Below, piece after piece: positions 16,680-25,198 of a stretch of DNA of 64,000 bases. Where the stretch lies: assembly GCA_964628275.1 (NCBI GenBank), contig CAZVOI010000304.1, positions 2,892 through 66,891 on the forward strand. Direction: 5' to 3'. The stretch is from an uncultured Acidobacteriota bacterium. GTDB taxonomy: Bacteria; Acidobacteriota; Vicinamibacteria; Fen-336. The notes under the pieces are model-generated. The model ran no database searches. It saw nothing but the letters and a program-made list of their open reading frames with translations, and was not told the origin of the DNA. The position numbers and the translations under genes are program-made. Numbering within the stretch: position 1 is the stretch's first letter; each line of letters begins with the position of its first letter.

Positions 16680-18491
16680 GTGAGCAACACTCCCCCGACC
16701 ACGCGAATGACCGGGTGGTTCGATCCCAGACAACTCTTCCACACCGGCATGCAGGCGCTCGTCTCGCGGGTGATCGGGGCTCACTCGGATCGGCGGCTGC
16801 TCGAAGCCCTCGCGCGCCATGATCACGGCTACTACGACTACACCTGCCACTTCTCCCAGGGCGGCCCGCTGGAGCCGGATCGCGAGCGGCCGCGAGCGGA
16901 CATCTGGATCGACTTCGTCGCGGACACCGGCGACGGCTGGAACTCCACGTACGCGGTGGCCCGGGTCGTAGCTCAGCCGCGCCTGGTGGTCAGCGACGGG
17001 GACACCGTTCACGAAACGGAGCGTGGCGCGCTGCTCGTCTTCGGCGGCGACGAGGTGTATCCGACGCCGTCTCGCGCGGCGTATCAACAGCGGCTGGTCG
17101 CTCCCTACGCCGCCGCCTTCGGCGACGACCGGCCCGCCGAGCCGCCCCACGTGTTCGCGATCCCGGGCAACCACGATTGGTACGACAGCCTGGCGGCCTG
17201 GTCGCGGCTGTTCTGCTCGAGCGTGACGGACCGGCGTTTCGCGGGCTGGCGCACCCACCAGGCTCGCAGCTACTTTGCCCTGAAACTGCCACAGGGATAC
17301 TGGCTGTTCGGGGCCGACGGGCAACTTCAGTCGGACATCGATCAGGGCCAGATCGAGTACTTCCGCAAGATCGCCGAGCGCCAGATGCGCGGTGGCGAGC
17401 GCGTGATCCTCTGCCTGGCGAGCCCGAGTTGGATCTACGCGGCGAAGTACGCGAAGTACGGCGGCTACGACGAAGCCGACCTGCTGTTCCTTCTGAAGCA
17501 GATCCTCGAGCCGCAGGGGGTCTCGGTACAGGTCTTCCTGTCCGGAGACCTCCACCACTACCGTCGTCACGAGGAGAGGAACCCCGTGTCTCCCGAGGCG
17601 CCTGTCCAGAAGGTCACCGCCGGGGGCGGGGGGGCCTTCCTGCATCCGACGCATGGCGCGGACGTCGACGAGATCGTCGAACAGACCGAGCGGGCCGATG
17701 ACGCGGGACGCCGTTTCGCGGTGCGCGCGGCCTTCCCGAGCGCCGCGACCTCGCGCTGGCTGGCGCTCCGGAATCTGCTGTTCCCGTTCCTCAACCCCTG
17801 GTTCGGCGTGGTTCCCGCCACGCTGTACCTGCTCGCGTCCTGGGTGATGGGGGCGACGGTGCATTGGCAACCGCCGCGGCACTTGTTCGATCCGTTGCTG
17901 CAGACCGGCCGCGCCTTCCGCGATCACCCGGACGTGTTCCTGATGTTTGCATCGGTGCTGGGTGGCTTCGTCTTCTTCACCGACACCCATTCGCGGCTCT
18001 ACAAGTGGCTGGGCGGGCTCAGCCACGCTTTCGCGCACTACGCGGCGCTCTTCTATATCGGCTGGGGATCCGCGTTTCTGGTGTATTCGCTCCTCCCGAC
18101 GAGTCCGTTCCTCCAGCTCGTGCTGGGCGCGAGTATTGTCTTCTGGGCCGGCTGGATCTCGGGCTCGCTGATCGTCGGTCTCTACCTGCTGGTGTCGTTC
18201 AGCGTCTTCGGCCGCCACAGCGAGGAGGCCTTCTCGTCGCTGCGCATCCAGGACCACAAGAACTTCTTGCGCATGCACATCGGCGCAGACGGCGGGCTGA
18301 CGCTCTACCCGATCGGTCTCGACCGCGTGCCGCGGCGCTGGCGGGCGCGGCGGGAAGACGAACGTGCCCTTACGCCCTCGGCCTTCCTGCCCGACGACCC
18401 GAAGGCGAGTGTCGCGCGGCTCATCGAGAAGCCGATCGTGCTCGCCGCGGCGAACGCGAGACCCGGTGGCCCGCGCTCCGCAGCGCCCTGA
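16680..18491 (+). CDS. Calcineurin-like metallophosphoesterase fused to a C-terminal polytopic membrane domain
   Basis: 603 aa. Motifs DFVADTGDGWNS, FGGDEVYPT, IPGNHDWYD, LSGDLHHYRRH. These are followed by about 5-6 hydrophobic helices (for example LLFPFLNPWFGVVPATLYLLASWV and LIVGLYLLVSFSVFG). Confidence 0.75.
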   Translation: MSNTPPTTRMTGWFDPRQLFHTGMQALVSRVIGAHSDRRLLEALARHDHGYYDYTCHFSQGGPLEPDRERPRADIWIDFVADTGDGWNSTYAVARVVAQPRLVVSDGDTVHETERGALLVFGGDEVYPTPSRAAYQQRLVAPYAAAFGDDRPAEPPHVFAIPGNHDWYDSLAAWSRLFCSSVTDRRFAGWRTHQARSYFALKLPQGYWLFGADGQLQSDIDQGQIEYFRKIAERQMRGGERVILCLASPSWIYAAKYAKYGGYDEADLLFLLKQILEPQGVSVQVFLSGDLHHYRRHEERNPVSPEAPVQKVTAGGGGAFLHPTHGADVDEIVEQTERADDAGRRFAVRAAFPSAATSRWLALRNLLFPFLNPWFGVVPATLYLLASWVMGATVHWQPPRHLFDPLLQTGRAFRDHPDVFLMFASVLGGFVFFTDTHSRLYKWLGGLSHAFAHYAALFYIGWGSAFLVYSLLPTSPFLQLVLGASIVFWAGWISGSLIVGLYLLVSFSVFGRHSEEAFSSLRIQDHKNFLRMHIGADGGLTLYPIGLDRVPRRWRARREDERALTPSAFLPDDPKASVARLIEKPIVLAAANARPGGPRSAAP

Positions 18492-18828
18492 GCGCACGCC
18501 CGAGATCGCGCTGCTGGATCATCACGTAGTCGGTGTCGTGGGTAGAGAACGCGAAGATCCCGACCCGGGCGCGCGCCAGCGGCGCCAGCACCGAGAGCAG
18601 CACGCCCACCAGCCCGAAGTCGAAAACGCCTTCGAGCTTCAAGCAGCGCCAACCCGGGGTGTGCTTGATGCGCTCCGGCACGCGGTCCGCGCGGCACACG
18701 ATCGAGAGCTCGTCGGCCGTGCGCGCGACCGCCGTCGGCGACCCCTGGGCCCAGGCGGGAACTCTCGCCCGCGCCGGGAGGCGCGCGACCGCGAGGGTCT
18801 CCCTGAGGAGCCGAAGCCGGAGCCGCAC
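18421..18828 (-). CDS. ACT-domain (ACT_7-like) small protein
   Basis: 135 aa. Family-like stretches are DELSIVC...WRCLKLEGVFDFGLVGVLLSVLAPLA and IFAFSTHDTDYVMI. Its 3' end overlaps the convergent phosphoesterase gene by 71 nt. Confidence 0.65.
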   Translation of the reverse strand: MRLRLRLLRETLAVARLPARARVPAWAQGSPTAVARTADELSIVCRADRVPERIKHTPGWRCLKLEGVFDFGLVGVLLSVLAPLARARVGIFAFSTHDTDYVMIQQRDLGRALRALRSAGHRVSRSPRRARSASR

Positions 18829-18856
18829 CGGGCGATGCTAAACTCTCCGTCGCCTG

Positions 18857-19585
18857 ATGAACCCCGACATTGAGAAGCTGATCCGGCTCCAGAAAGCCGA
18901 CAGCGAGCTCAAGCGCGCCGAGACGGCGCTCGCCGACGCTCCCCACCAACGCTCTCTGCTCGACGCACGGCTTCGTGACGAGAAGAGCCGGCTCGAGACC
19001 GCCAAGAGTGGCCTCGCCGATTCGCAAAAAGAACGGCGCCAGCACGAGGGCGCGCTCCAGGATCTCGAAACCAAACGCTCCCGCTACAAGGGCCAGTTGA
19101 TGGAGGTCAAGACCAACAAGGAATACACCGCGATGCTCCATGAGATCGAGACCGTGGAGCGAGAGGTCAAGGCGCGCGAAGACCAGATCCTGGTAGAGAT
19201 GGAGCGCACCGAGACGCTGCAGGCCGAGGTGAAGAGCGAGGAAGCCGCTTTGAAGGCGGTCGAGGAGCAGCACCGCGCCGACGCCAAGGCGCTCGACGAG
19301 AGGGTGCGCTCCCTGGAAGCCGAGGTCCAGCGCTTCCGAGCCGAACGCGACGAGGTCGCGAAGGGCGTCTCCGAAGACACGCTCGCGCTCTACGAGCGGG
19401 TGGCCAAGCTGCGCGGTTCGGGAGTCGCCGAGGTCAAGGACGAGATGTGCCTGGTGTGCCACGTGAAGCTGCGGCCGCAGTTGTACGTGGACCTGAAGAA
19501 AAACGACGCCATCGTCCAGTGCAACGCGTGCAACCGGATCCTGTTCTACGAGCCTCCGGTGCCGGTCGTCGCGCACCAGCCGTGA
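18857..19585 (+). CDS. COG1579/DUF164-type coiled-coil protein with a C-terminal C4 zinc ribbon
   Basis: 242 aa. Long heptad-like coiled coil, then CLVCHVKLRPQ...VQCNACNRILFY. Confidence 0.8.
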   Translation: MNPDIEKLIRLQKADSELKRAETALADAPHQRSLLDARLRDEKSRLETAKSGLADSQKERRQHEGALQDLETKRSRYKGQLMEVKTNKEYTAMLHEIETVEREVKAREDQILVEMERTETLQAEVKSEEAALKAVEEQHRADAKALDERVRSLEAEVQRFRAERDEVAKGVSEDTLALYERVAKLRGSGVAEVKDEMCLVCHVKLRPQLYVDLKKNDAIVQCNACNRILFYEPPVPVVAHQP

Positions 19586-20016
19586 ACGGCGCCTCTGGCT
19601 CGGGTGTTCTCCACATCCACATCGACGGCGGCAGCCGCGGCAACCCGGGCGATGCCGGCTTCGGCGTGTACGTCGAAGATGGTCGCGGCACGCTGGTGGC
19701 CGAGCTCTACGGCTATCTCGGCCGAGCGACGAACAACGTGGCCGAATACCAGGCGCTGCTCCACGCGTTGCGTTTCGCTCTCGGACGGCACGCGACGGCG
19801 GTGCGCGTCTTCTCCGATTCCGAGCTGGTCGTGAAGCAGATCAACGGCCAATACAAGGTCAAGCATCCCGACATGCAGGCGCTACATCGCCAGGCCCGGG
19901 CGCTTTTGGCCAGGATCCCCGATGCGCGCATCGCACACGTCCGTCGCGAGCAGAATCGCGACGCCGATCGCCTGGCGAACGAAGCGCTCGACCGCAAGGC
20001 TTCGAAGCTCGACTAG
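19582..20016 (+). CDS. Ribonuclease H (type 1, RNase HI family)
   Basis: The GTG at 19582 overlaps the TGA of the preceding gene (GTGA). DEDD residues are in HIDGGSRGNPG, NNVAEYQAL, FSDSELVV and NRDADRLAN. The track ORF start at 19447 lies inside the upstream gene. Confidence 0.85.
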   Translation: MNGASGSGVLHIHIDGGSRGNPGDAGFGVYVEDGRGTLVAELYGYLGRATNNVAEYQALLHALRFALGRHATAVRVFSDSELVVKQINGQYKVKHPDMQALHRQARALLARIPDARIAHVRREQNRDADRLANEALDRKASKLD

Positions 20017-20705
20017 CCTCGAAACCCGATCCAGCTGATCATTCGGCCTCCGTCCGGGCCCTCGCGCCGATACGAGTGATACAGGTCGGGCTGATGGAAC
20101 GTGCACTCCTTGACGTGGTGGATTCGATCGGGTACCAGCCCCGCGTCCAGGAGCTGCCGGACGTTGGCGAGGCGAACGTCGAGGTGCGGCTTGGCCCGCG
20201 GCCCCGGTTTGAACAGGTGGGCCGCTTCGGCGCCGAAATGCTCGCGTAGCTCGTCGTCCACCTCGTAGCAGCAGACGTCGTTCGCGGGCCCGAGAGCGGC
20301 CAGGAGGTCAGCGGGGCGCGACCCCATGGCGACGAGCGCGCCGATAGCCGCGCGCGCCACGCCTTGCGCGGTGCCGCGCCAGCCCGCGTGCGCGGCGGCG
20401 ACGACGCGTCGCTCCGGGTCGACGAGCAGCAGCGGCAGGCAGTCGGCCGTCTCGATCCCGAGCAACAGACCCGGCGCGCTGGCGAGCGCGGCATCCCCCT
20501 GCGGGCGGCCCTCCCAGGGCGCCTGCCGAACTTCCGCGCCGTGGACCTGTTTCATCAAGAAGAACCGACCTTCCGCCTCGAGGGCGGCGGCCACGCGCCG
20601 GCGCGTGCTGTCGCGATCCTCGTGCCCGGCGGGCCCGCGCCGACGCTCGAAGCCGTGCGCCAGTCCCGGTATCGAGGCGAGCGCCGACACTTGGGCAGCA
20701 TTCAT
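20013..20705 (-). CDS. pgeF: YfiH/PgeF family (DUF152) laccase-domain protein, peptidoglycan editing factor type
   Basis: 230 aa. Motifs MKQVHGAEV, TADCLPLLLVD, AHAGWRGT, CCYEV. Confidence 0.85.
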   Translation of the reverse strand: MNAAQVSALASIPGLAHGFERRRGPAGHEDRDSTRRRVAAALEAEGRFFLMKQVHGAEVRQAPWEGRPQGDAALASAPGLLLGIETADCLPLLLVDPERRVVAAAHAGWRGTAQGVARAAIGALVAMGSRPADLLAALGPANDVCCYEVDDELREHFGAEAAHLFKPGPRAKPHLDVRLANVRQLLDAGLVPDRIHHVKECTFHQPDLYHSYRREGPDGGRMISWIGFRG

Positions 20706-20743
20706 GTGCGACCCGTATCCTATCCGAGCCGTAGACTGCCCTC

Positions 20744-21118
20744 GTGGATGCAGATGGCGTTGTGGCGTCGGTCCTGGAGTTGGTCGCAGTCGACGAAGCC
20801 CGTGCCCTGCTCGCGGGGTCCGACGAGGCTCCGTTCAGCGCGGGCGAGCTGCGCTTCGCACGCTCCAAGAGCGACCCGGAGCGGCGGCTCGCGGCGCGGC
20901 TCGCTGCCAAGCGCGGCGCCGCCCGGCTCCTGGGCGGGGGCTGCACCGAGGGCGATTTCGAGATCTCGCGCGCGCCGGGGAGGCCGCCGGAGCTACGGGC
21001 GTCTCCGCGAGCGCAGCAGCGCCTGCACGCTCTCGGAGCCGATCGAGTCCTGGTCAGCCTGACGCACGGCCGCGAACACGCGGCCGCATCGGTGCTGCTG
21101 GTGAGCGCAGCGGCGTGA
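20744..21118 (+). CDS. AcpS-like 4'-phosphopantetheinyl transferase fold protein with substituted metal ligands
   Basis: 124 aa, GTG start. It aligns by eye to AcpS. GVVASVLEL matches GxGxDIVEI, RLAARLAAKRGAARLLG matches LAxRFAxKEAxxKAxG, and VSLTHGREHAAASVLL matches VSLSHxxxxAxA. The conserved Asp and Glu positions are Ser and Arg here. Confidence 0.55.
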   Translation: MDADGVVASVLELVAVDEARALLAGSDEAPFSAGELRFARSKSDPERRLAARLAAKRGAARLLGGGCTEGDFEISRAPGRPPELRASPRAQQRLHALGADRVLVSLTHGREHAAASVLLVSAAA

Positions 21119-22128
21119 AGCGTTGGGCACGGCGGCTGGCGCTTGTGACGACGGGGCTCTTGGTCGGGCTCGCGGCCGCGGCACTTTGGTTGGGACGCTT
21201 GCCGGTGTCCGACGATCGGCCGCATCCCTTCAATCAAGACCGCAACGCGGTGTGGCTCGAGCATCGCTGGCTCGAGCGCTCGCACGACGACGCCGAGATG
21301 GATGCGCTTTTCAGCAAGCTCCACGAGCGCGGCATCAACTACGCTTTCCCGCACCTGATCCCGTTCAACGGCGCGGGCCGGTTGCCGGTTCACAGCCGCG
21401 AGCAGATGCGAGCGTTCCTCGCCTCGGCGCGTCGCGTCGCGCCGAACCTGAAGGTCCTGCCCTGGGTCGGCGGTCTGCGCGTCGGCGTGCGCCGCACGCG
21501 GGCGGGCACGATCGACCTCGCCGACCTCGGACAGCGGCAGCGGATCGTGGCCGAGTGCCGCGGTCTGATCGACGAGGGCTTCGACGGAATTCACCTGAAC
21601 ATCGAGCCGATCGCCGACGGTAACGTCGACTTCCTCTCGCTGTTGCGCGCGCTGCGCAGCGCCGTGGGCGCCGAGCGGGCGCTTTCGCTCTCGATGATTC
21701 GCCCGGGACCGATCGCGGTTCCGTTCGCGCCCAACTTCCTGTGGACGCCGGACTACTACGCGCGCGTGGCGGGCATCGCCGACCAGGTCGTGATCATGGC
21801 TTACGACACCGGCCTGCCGACGCCGGCGCTGTACCAGCGCTACGTCGGCTACGCGGCGGCGGCGGTCCAGGGCGCGCTGGTCGGATCGCGGGCGCGCGCG
21901 CGCTTCCTGGTCGGGGTGCCCACCTACGACGAAACCGGGATCATGCACCGTGGCGGCGTGGAGACGATCGAGAACGCGCTCGTGGGAGTCGTCACCGGTT
22001 TGCGCGGGCTGGGCGGCGGCGGCACCTTCGAGGGCGTGGCTCTCTACGCCGAGTGGACGACCGACCCGGCCGAGTGGGAGGCCTACGACAGGATCTGGCG
22101 CGGCCGAACGACCCGCGCCGGGCGTTGA
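21115..22128 (+). CDS. Membrane-anchored hypothetical protein, GH18-like TIM-barrel signature
   Basis: The GTG at 21115 overlaps the upstream TGA (GTGA). TM anchor WARRLALVTTGLLVGLAAAALWL. The motif FDGIHLNIEP resembles the GH18 FDGxDxDxE, with the Glu retained. The upstream part of the 600-aa track ORF (20326-21114) is antisense to pgeF and is not counted. Confidence 0.5.
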   Translation: MKRWARRLALVTTGLLVGLAAAALWLGRLPVSDDRPHPFNQDRNAVWLEHRWLERSHDDAEMDALFSKLHERGINYAFPHLIPFNGAGRLPVHSREQMRAFLASARRVAPNLKVLPWVGGLRVGVRRTRAGTIDLADLGQRQRIVAECRGLIDEGFDGIHLNIEPIADGNVDFLSLLRALRSAVGAERALSLSMIRPGPIAVPFAPNFLWTPDYYARVAGIADQVVIMAYDTGLPTPALYQRYVGYAAAAVQGALVGSRARARFLVGVPTYDETGIMHRGGVETIENALVGVVTGLRGLGGGGTFEGVALYAEWTTDPAEWEAYDRIWRGRTTRAGR

Positions 22129-22220
22129 CGCGGCGCCCAACAACTGGGCGTTCCCTGCGCAGCTCGCCCAAGGGGTGGGCGGCACAGCCGGTCGAGCTCG
22201 TGGAGTCAAGGACTTACTGT

Positions 22221-22236
22221 CGGCACGACTCCTGCC
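22221..22236 (+). promoter_or_regulatory. Candidate sigma-54 (-24/-12) promoter
   Basis: CGGCACGACTCCTGCC compared with the consensus TGGCACG-N4-TTGCW. GG and GC are correctly spaced, and the 3' end is 26 nt upstream of the TTG start at 22262. Confidence 0.3.
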
Positions 22237-22261
22237 ACTCCTGTCTCGACAAGGAGGGACC

Positions 22262-22696
22262 TTGAGGGGAAATCATCTCGGTTGGTTGGTTCTGGCGATG
22301 GCAGTGGCGGGCTCGGCAGGGGCAGAGGGCGTGAAACGCGGTCCCGATGATCGCGAGTTCACGCTGGGTCTCGTTCAGAAGGAGGTCCGAACGGGCATGT
22401 CGCAGGCGGACGTCGCTGCCTCCATCGGCTCACCGAACATCCTGACGCGGGACAGCCAGGGCCGCGAGGCCTGGGTCTACGACAAGATCGCGACGGAAGC
22501 CCAGACCCGGAGCAGCGGCTTCGGCGGCGGGGGCGGCGGGCTCGGCGCGCCCGGCACGTCGTTGCTGCTCGGCGTGTTGAGCGGCCACGTCCGCAATCAG
22601 AAGTCGAGCTCGACGCAGCGAACGCTCACCGTGGTGATTCGCTTCGGCGCCGATGCGAGGGTGGAGTCTTTCAGCTTCCACGCCACGCGGTTCTGA
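22262..22696 (+). CDS. Secreted BamE/SmpA-OmlA-like domain protein with a Gly-rich segment
   Basis: The TTG at 22262 is preceded by AAGGAGGG. Signal peptide LGWLVLAMAVAGSAGAEG. BamE-like stretch KEVRTGMSQADVAASIGSPNILTRDSQGREAWVYD, followed by GFGGGGGGLG. Confidence 0.6.
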   Translation: MRGNHLGWLVLAMAVAGSAGAEGVKRGPDDREFTLGLVQKEVRTGMSQADVAASIGSPNILTRDSQGREAWVYDKIATEAQTRSSGFGGGGGGLGAPGTSLLLGVLSGHVRNQKSSSTQRTLTVVIRFGADARVESFSFHATRF

Positions 22697-22706
22697 AGGG
22701 GGCGCC

Positions 22707-23246
22707 ATGACTCGCACGATGCGTCTCGTCGGCGTGCTCTCGCTTGCGCCGCTTGCGGCTTGCGCCAGCGGAGGACCGCAGTCCCTCGTTCCAGGAAGCT
22801 CGCTCGAAACGCGCGCGCTGCAAACGCGCAGCTATCCAGCGAGCGACACCAAGTCGGTGATGAAGGCGGTGCTGGCGACGCTCCAGGACGACGGCTTCCT
22901 AGTGCGCTCGGCCGACACCGAGCTGGGCCTGATCACGGCGACCAAGGAAGGCGTGCGGCCGGTGGGTGATGCGGCCAGGCTCGGGCGGATCATGTTCATC
23001 GCGGTCACTTACGGGATGGGCGCGCTGCTTCCCGGCCCGAGCTCGGGCGCGAGCGTCCTGGAAGCCACCGCCAACGTCACCGACGGCGGGGGCGAGACGC
23101 GGCTGCGAGTCAGCTTCCAGTTGAAGGTGCTGGACGGCAACCAGCGGCTGAAGCAGGTTCAATCGCTGAATGAGCCGGCGCTGTATCAGGAGTTCTTCAC
23201 CAAGATCGGCAGGAGCCTGTTCCTGGTGACGGAGAAGGTGTCCTGA
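22707..23246 (+). CDS. Lipoprotein of unknown function
   Basis: ATG at 22707. Lipobox LAPLAACASGG. 179 aa. Lies 10 nt after the preceding gene. Confidence 0.6.
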   Translation: MTRTMRLVGVLSLAPLAACASGGPQSLVPGSSLETRALQTRSYPASDTKSVMKAVLATLQDDGFLVRSADTELGLITATKEGVRPVGDAARLGRIMFIAVTYGMGALLPGPSSGASVLEATANVTDGGGETRLRVSFQLKVLDGNQRLKQVQSLNEPALYQEFFTKIGRSLFLVTEKVS

Positions 23247-23252
23247 TCCTGC

Positions 23253-23945
23253 TCAGGCCGCGACGCGGCGGTCTTCTACGATCGCTCCGTCATGGATTTG
23301 AACGACGCGCGACGCGATCCGGGCGATGCCGTTGTCGTGGGTGATCATCACGATCGTCTGCCCGGCGGCGTGGAGCTCGGCGAACAGCGAGACGATGCTG
23401 GTCCCGGACGCCGAGTCGAGGTTGCCGGTGGGCTCGTCGGCGAGGACCATCGCGGGGCGATTCACGAGAGCTCGGGCTATCGCCACGCGTTGCATCTGGC
23501 CGCCGGACAGCTCGGTCGGCTTGTGGTGGACGCGGTCGGCGAGGCCGACTCGCTCCAGCATCTCGCTCGCGCGGCGGCGGCGTTCCTTCGTGGAGACCCC
23601 GCCGAACAAGAGCGGCAACTCGACGTTCTCCAGCGCCGACGCGTACGGCAACAGGTTGAAGTTCTGGAACACGAAGCCGATGTGCTTGTTGCGGATCTCC
23701 GCCAGCCGGTTGCGATCGAGCCCGGCGACGCGCTCGCCCGAGAGCACGTACTCCCCCGAGGTCGGCGTGTCGAGGCAGCCCAGGATGTTCATCAGTGTCG
23801 ACTTGCCCGATCCCGAAGGGCCGACGATGGCGACGTAGTCGTTCCCGCCGATGTCGAGATCCAAGCCACGCAGGGCCTCGACCTCGACGCGTCCGGTGCT
23901 ATACATCTTGCGTATCGCTCGCATCTCGATCATCGGTGTGCTCAT
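23253..23945 (-). CDS. ABC transporter ATP-binding protein (MacB/LolD-type)
   Basis: Walker A GPSGSGKST, signature LSGGQMQRVAIARAL, Walker B VLADEPTGNLD. Confidence 0.9.
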   Translation of the reverse strand: MSTPMIEMRAIRKMYSTGRVEVEALRGLDLDIGGNDYVAIVGPSGSGKSTLMNILGCLDTPTSGEYVLSGERVAGLDRNRLAEIRNKHIGFVFQNFNLLPYASALENVELPLLFGGVSTKERRRRASEMLERVGLADRVHHKPTELSGGQMQRVAIARALVNRPAMVLADEPTGNLDSASGTSIVSLFAELHAAGQTIVMITHDNGIARIASRVVQIHDGAIVEDRRVAA

Positions 23946-25198
23946 TCGTAGCGCAGGGACACTGCAGGGTTGACCGACGCGGCGCGACGCGCGGGGAAGT
24001 AGCCGGCCAGCATGCCGATCGCGCCCAGCACTGCCGCGGTGGCGACGGCGATCGCCGGCGAGAAGGTGGGCCGGCCCATGAAATCGAACGCCTCGCCCTT
24101 CAGCGGCAGCACGCCGATCACGGCGATCACGCCGAGCGAGACGAGCGTGCCGAGGACGCCGCCGGCCACCGTCATGAACAGCGCCTCCAGCACGAAGGGG
24201 GCCATGATCTGGCGGGCTTTCGCCCCGATCGCCATCTTGACGCCGATCTCGCGCGTCCTCTCCTTCACGACCGCGTACATGATGTTGGCGACGCCCATGC
24301 CGCCCACGAACAGCGTCAGGGCGCCGATCACGCCCAGGAACATCTGGATGCCGATCGCGATGTTCACGGTGACACGCTGGTTCTCGCGGGTGTCCCAGAT
24401 CCCGAGCGCCCGTCGGTCGTCGGGGGCGAAGCGGTACTTGCCGCCCAGCACCCGGTAGATCTCGGTCTTCACCTGGTCGCCGAGCTCGAGCGTCGCCGGC
24501 TTGTAGACGATGTTCTGGACGCGCGCATCGTTGAACATCGCCTTGAAAGTCGTGGCGGGAATCGAAGCCTGCTTCTTGTCGGGCCCGCTGTACATGCCCA
24601 TCATCGGCTTCGCCTGCATTACGCCGACCACCAGGAACGTCGACTGGTTGATCTGGACCGTCAGGCCGACGACGTCCTGTTTGCCGAAGAGGTCCTGGGC
24701 CAGCTCGTCGCCGAGCACCACCACACGACGCTTCTCACGCAGGTCCAGCTCGTTCAGGAAGCGACCGCCGGCTTGCGGGATGATGTTGCGCAGCTCGCCG
24801 AAACCGGGATCGACGCCGCGGGTACGCGCGTTGATGGTCTTGGGGCCCACGCTTACCGGAAGCCGCCGCGCGTATTCCCGGCTCAGGTCCACGAGCCCGG
24901 GGATGCGGGCGCGCAACAGGTCCGCGTCGTCGTCCTGGAACTGGATCGCCCGGCCCGAGGGCAGGCCCAGGAACGGCTTGGTGGTGGCGCCCGGCCACAG
25001 CACGCCGATCGCCTCGCCCATGCCACGGGTGCTCTTGTGGAAGGACCGCTTCAAACCCTCGCCGAAGGAGAGCAGCATCACGATCGACAGCGTTCCCCAG
25101 GCGATCGCCATCACGGTGAGCGCGATGCGCTTGGTGTTGTGGGCGGCGTCGGAGCGGAAGAGCCGCCACACCATCGCGATCTCGGCGCGAGAGATCAT
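23942..25198 (-). CDS. ABC transporter permease, FtsX/MacB type (periplasmic MacB_PCD domain plus C-terminal FtsX 4-helix bundle)
   Basis: 418 aa. One N-terminal TM helix, a large periplasmic domain, and the C-terminal stretch ERTREIGVKMAIGA. Confidence 0.85.
   Translation of the reverse strand: MISRAEIAMVWRLFRSDAAHNTKRIALTVMAIAWGTLSIVMLLSFGEGLKRSFHKSTRGMGEAIGVLWPGATTKPFLGLPSGRAIQFQDDDADLLRARIPGLVDLSREYARRLPVSVGPKTINARTRGVDPGFGELRNIIPQAGGRFLNELDLREKRRVVVLGDELAQDLFGKQDVVGLTVQINQSTFLVVGVMQAKPMMGMYSGPDKKQASIPATTFKAMFNDARVQNIVYKPATLELGDQVKTEIYRVLGGKYRFAPDDRRALGIWDTRENQRVTVNIAIGIQMFLGVIGALTLFVGGMGVANIMYAVVKERTREIGVKMAIGAKARQIMAPFVLEALFMTVAGGVLGTLVSLGVIAVIGVLPLKGEAFDFMGRPTFSPAIAVATAAVLGAIGMLAGYFPARRAASVNPAVSLRYE

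Noticed and set aside
16717-16727. tRNA T-arm-like string GGTTCGATCCC.
   Set aside because: It lies inside the phosphoesterase CDS, where it encodes TGWFDPR. Flanking bases do not form T-stem, acceptor or anticodon arms.
20326-21114. Upstream 263 codons of the 600-aa track ORF 20326-22128.
   Set aside because: This part is antisense to pgeF, overlaps the AcpS-like gene, and has an Arg/Ala/Pro-rich composition. The real gene begins at the GTG at 21115, which is coupled to the upstream stop.
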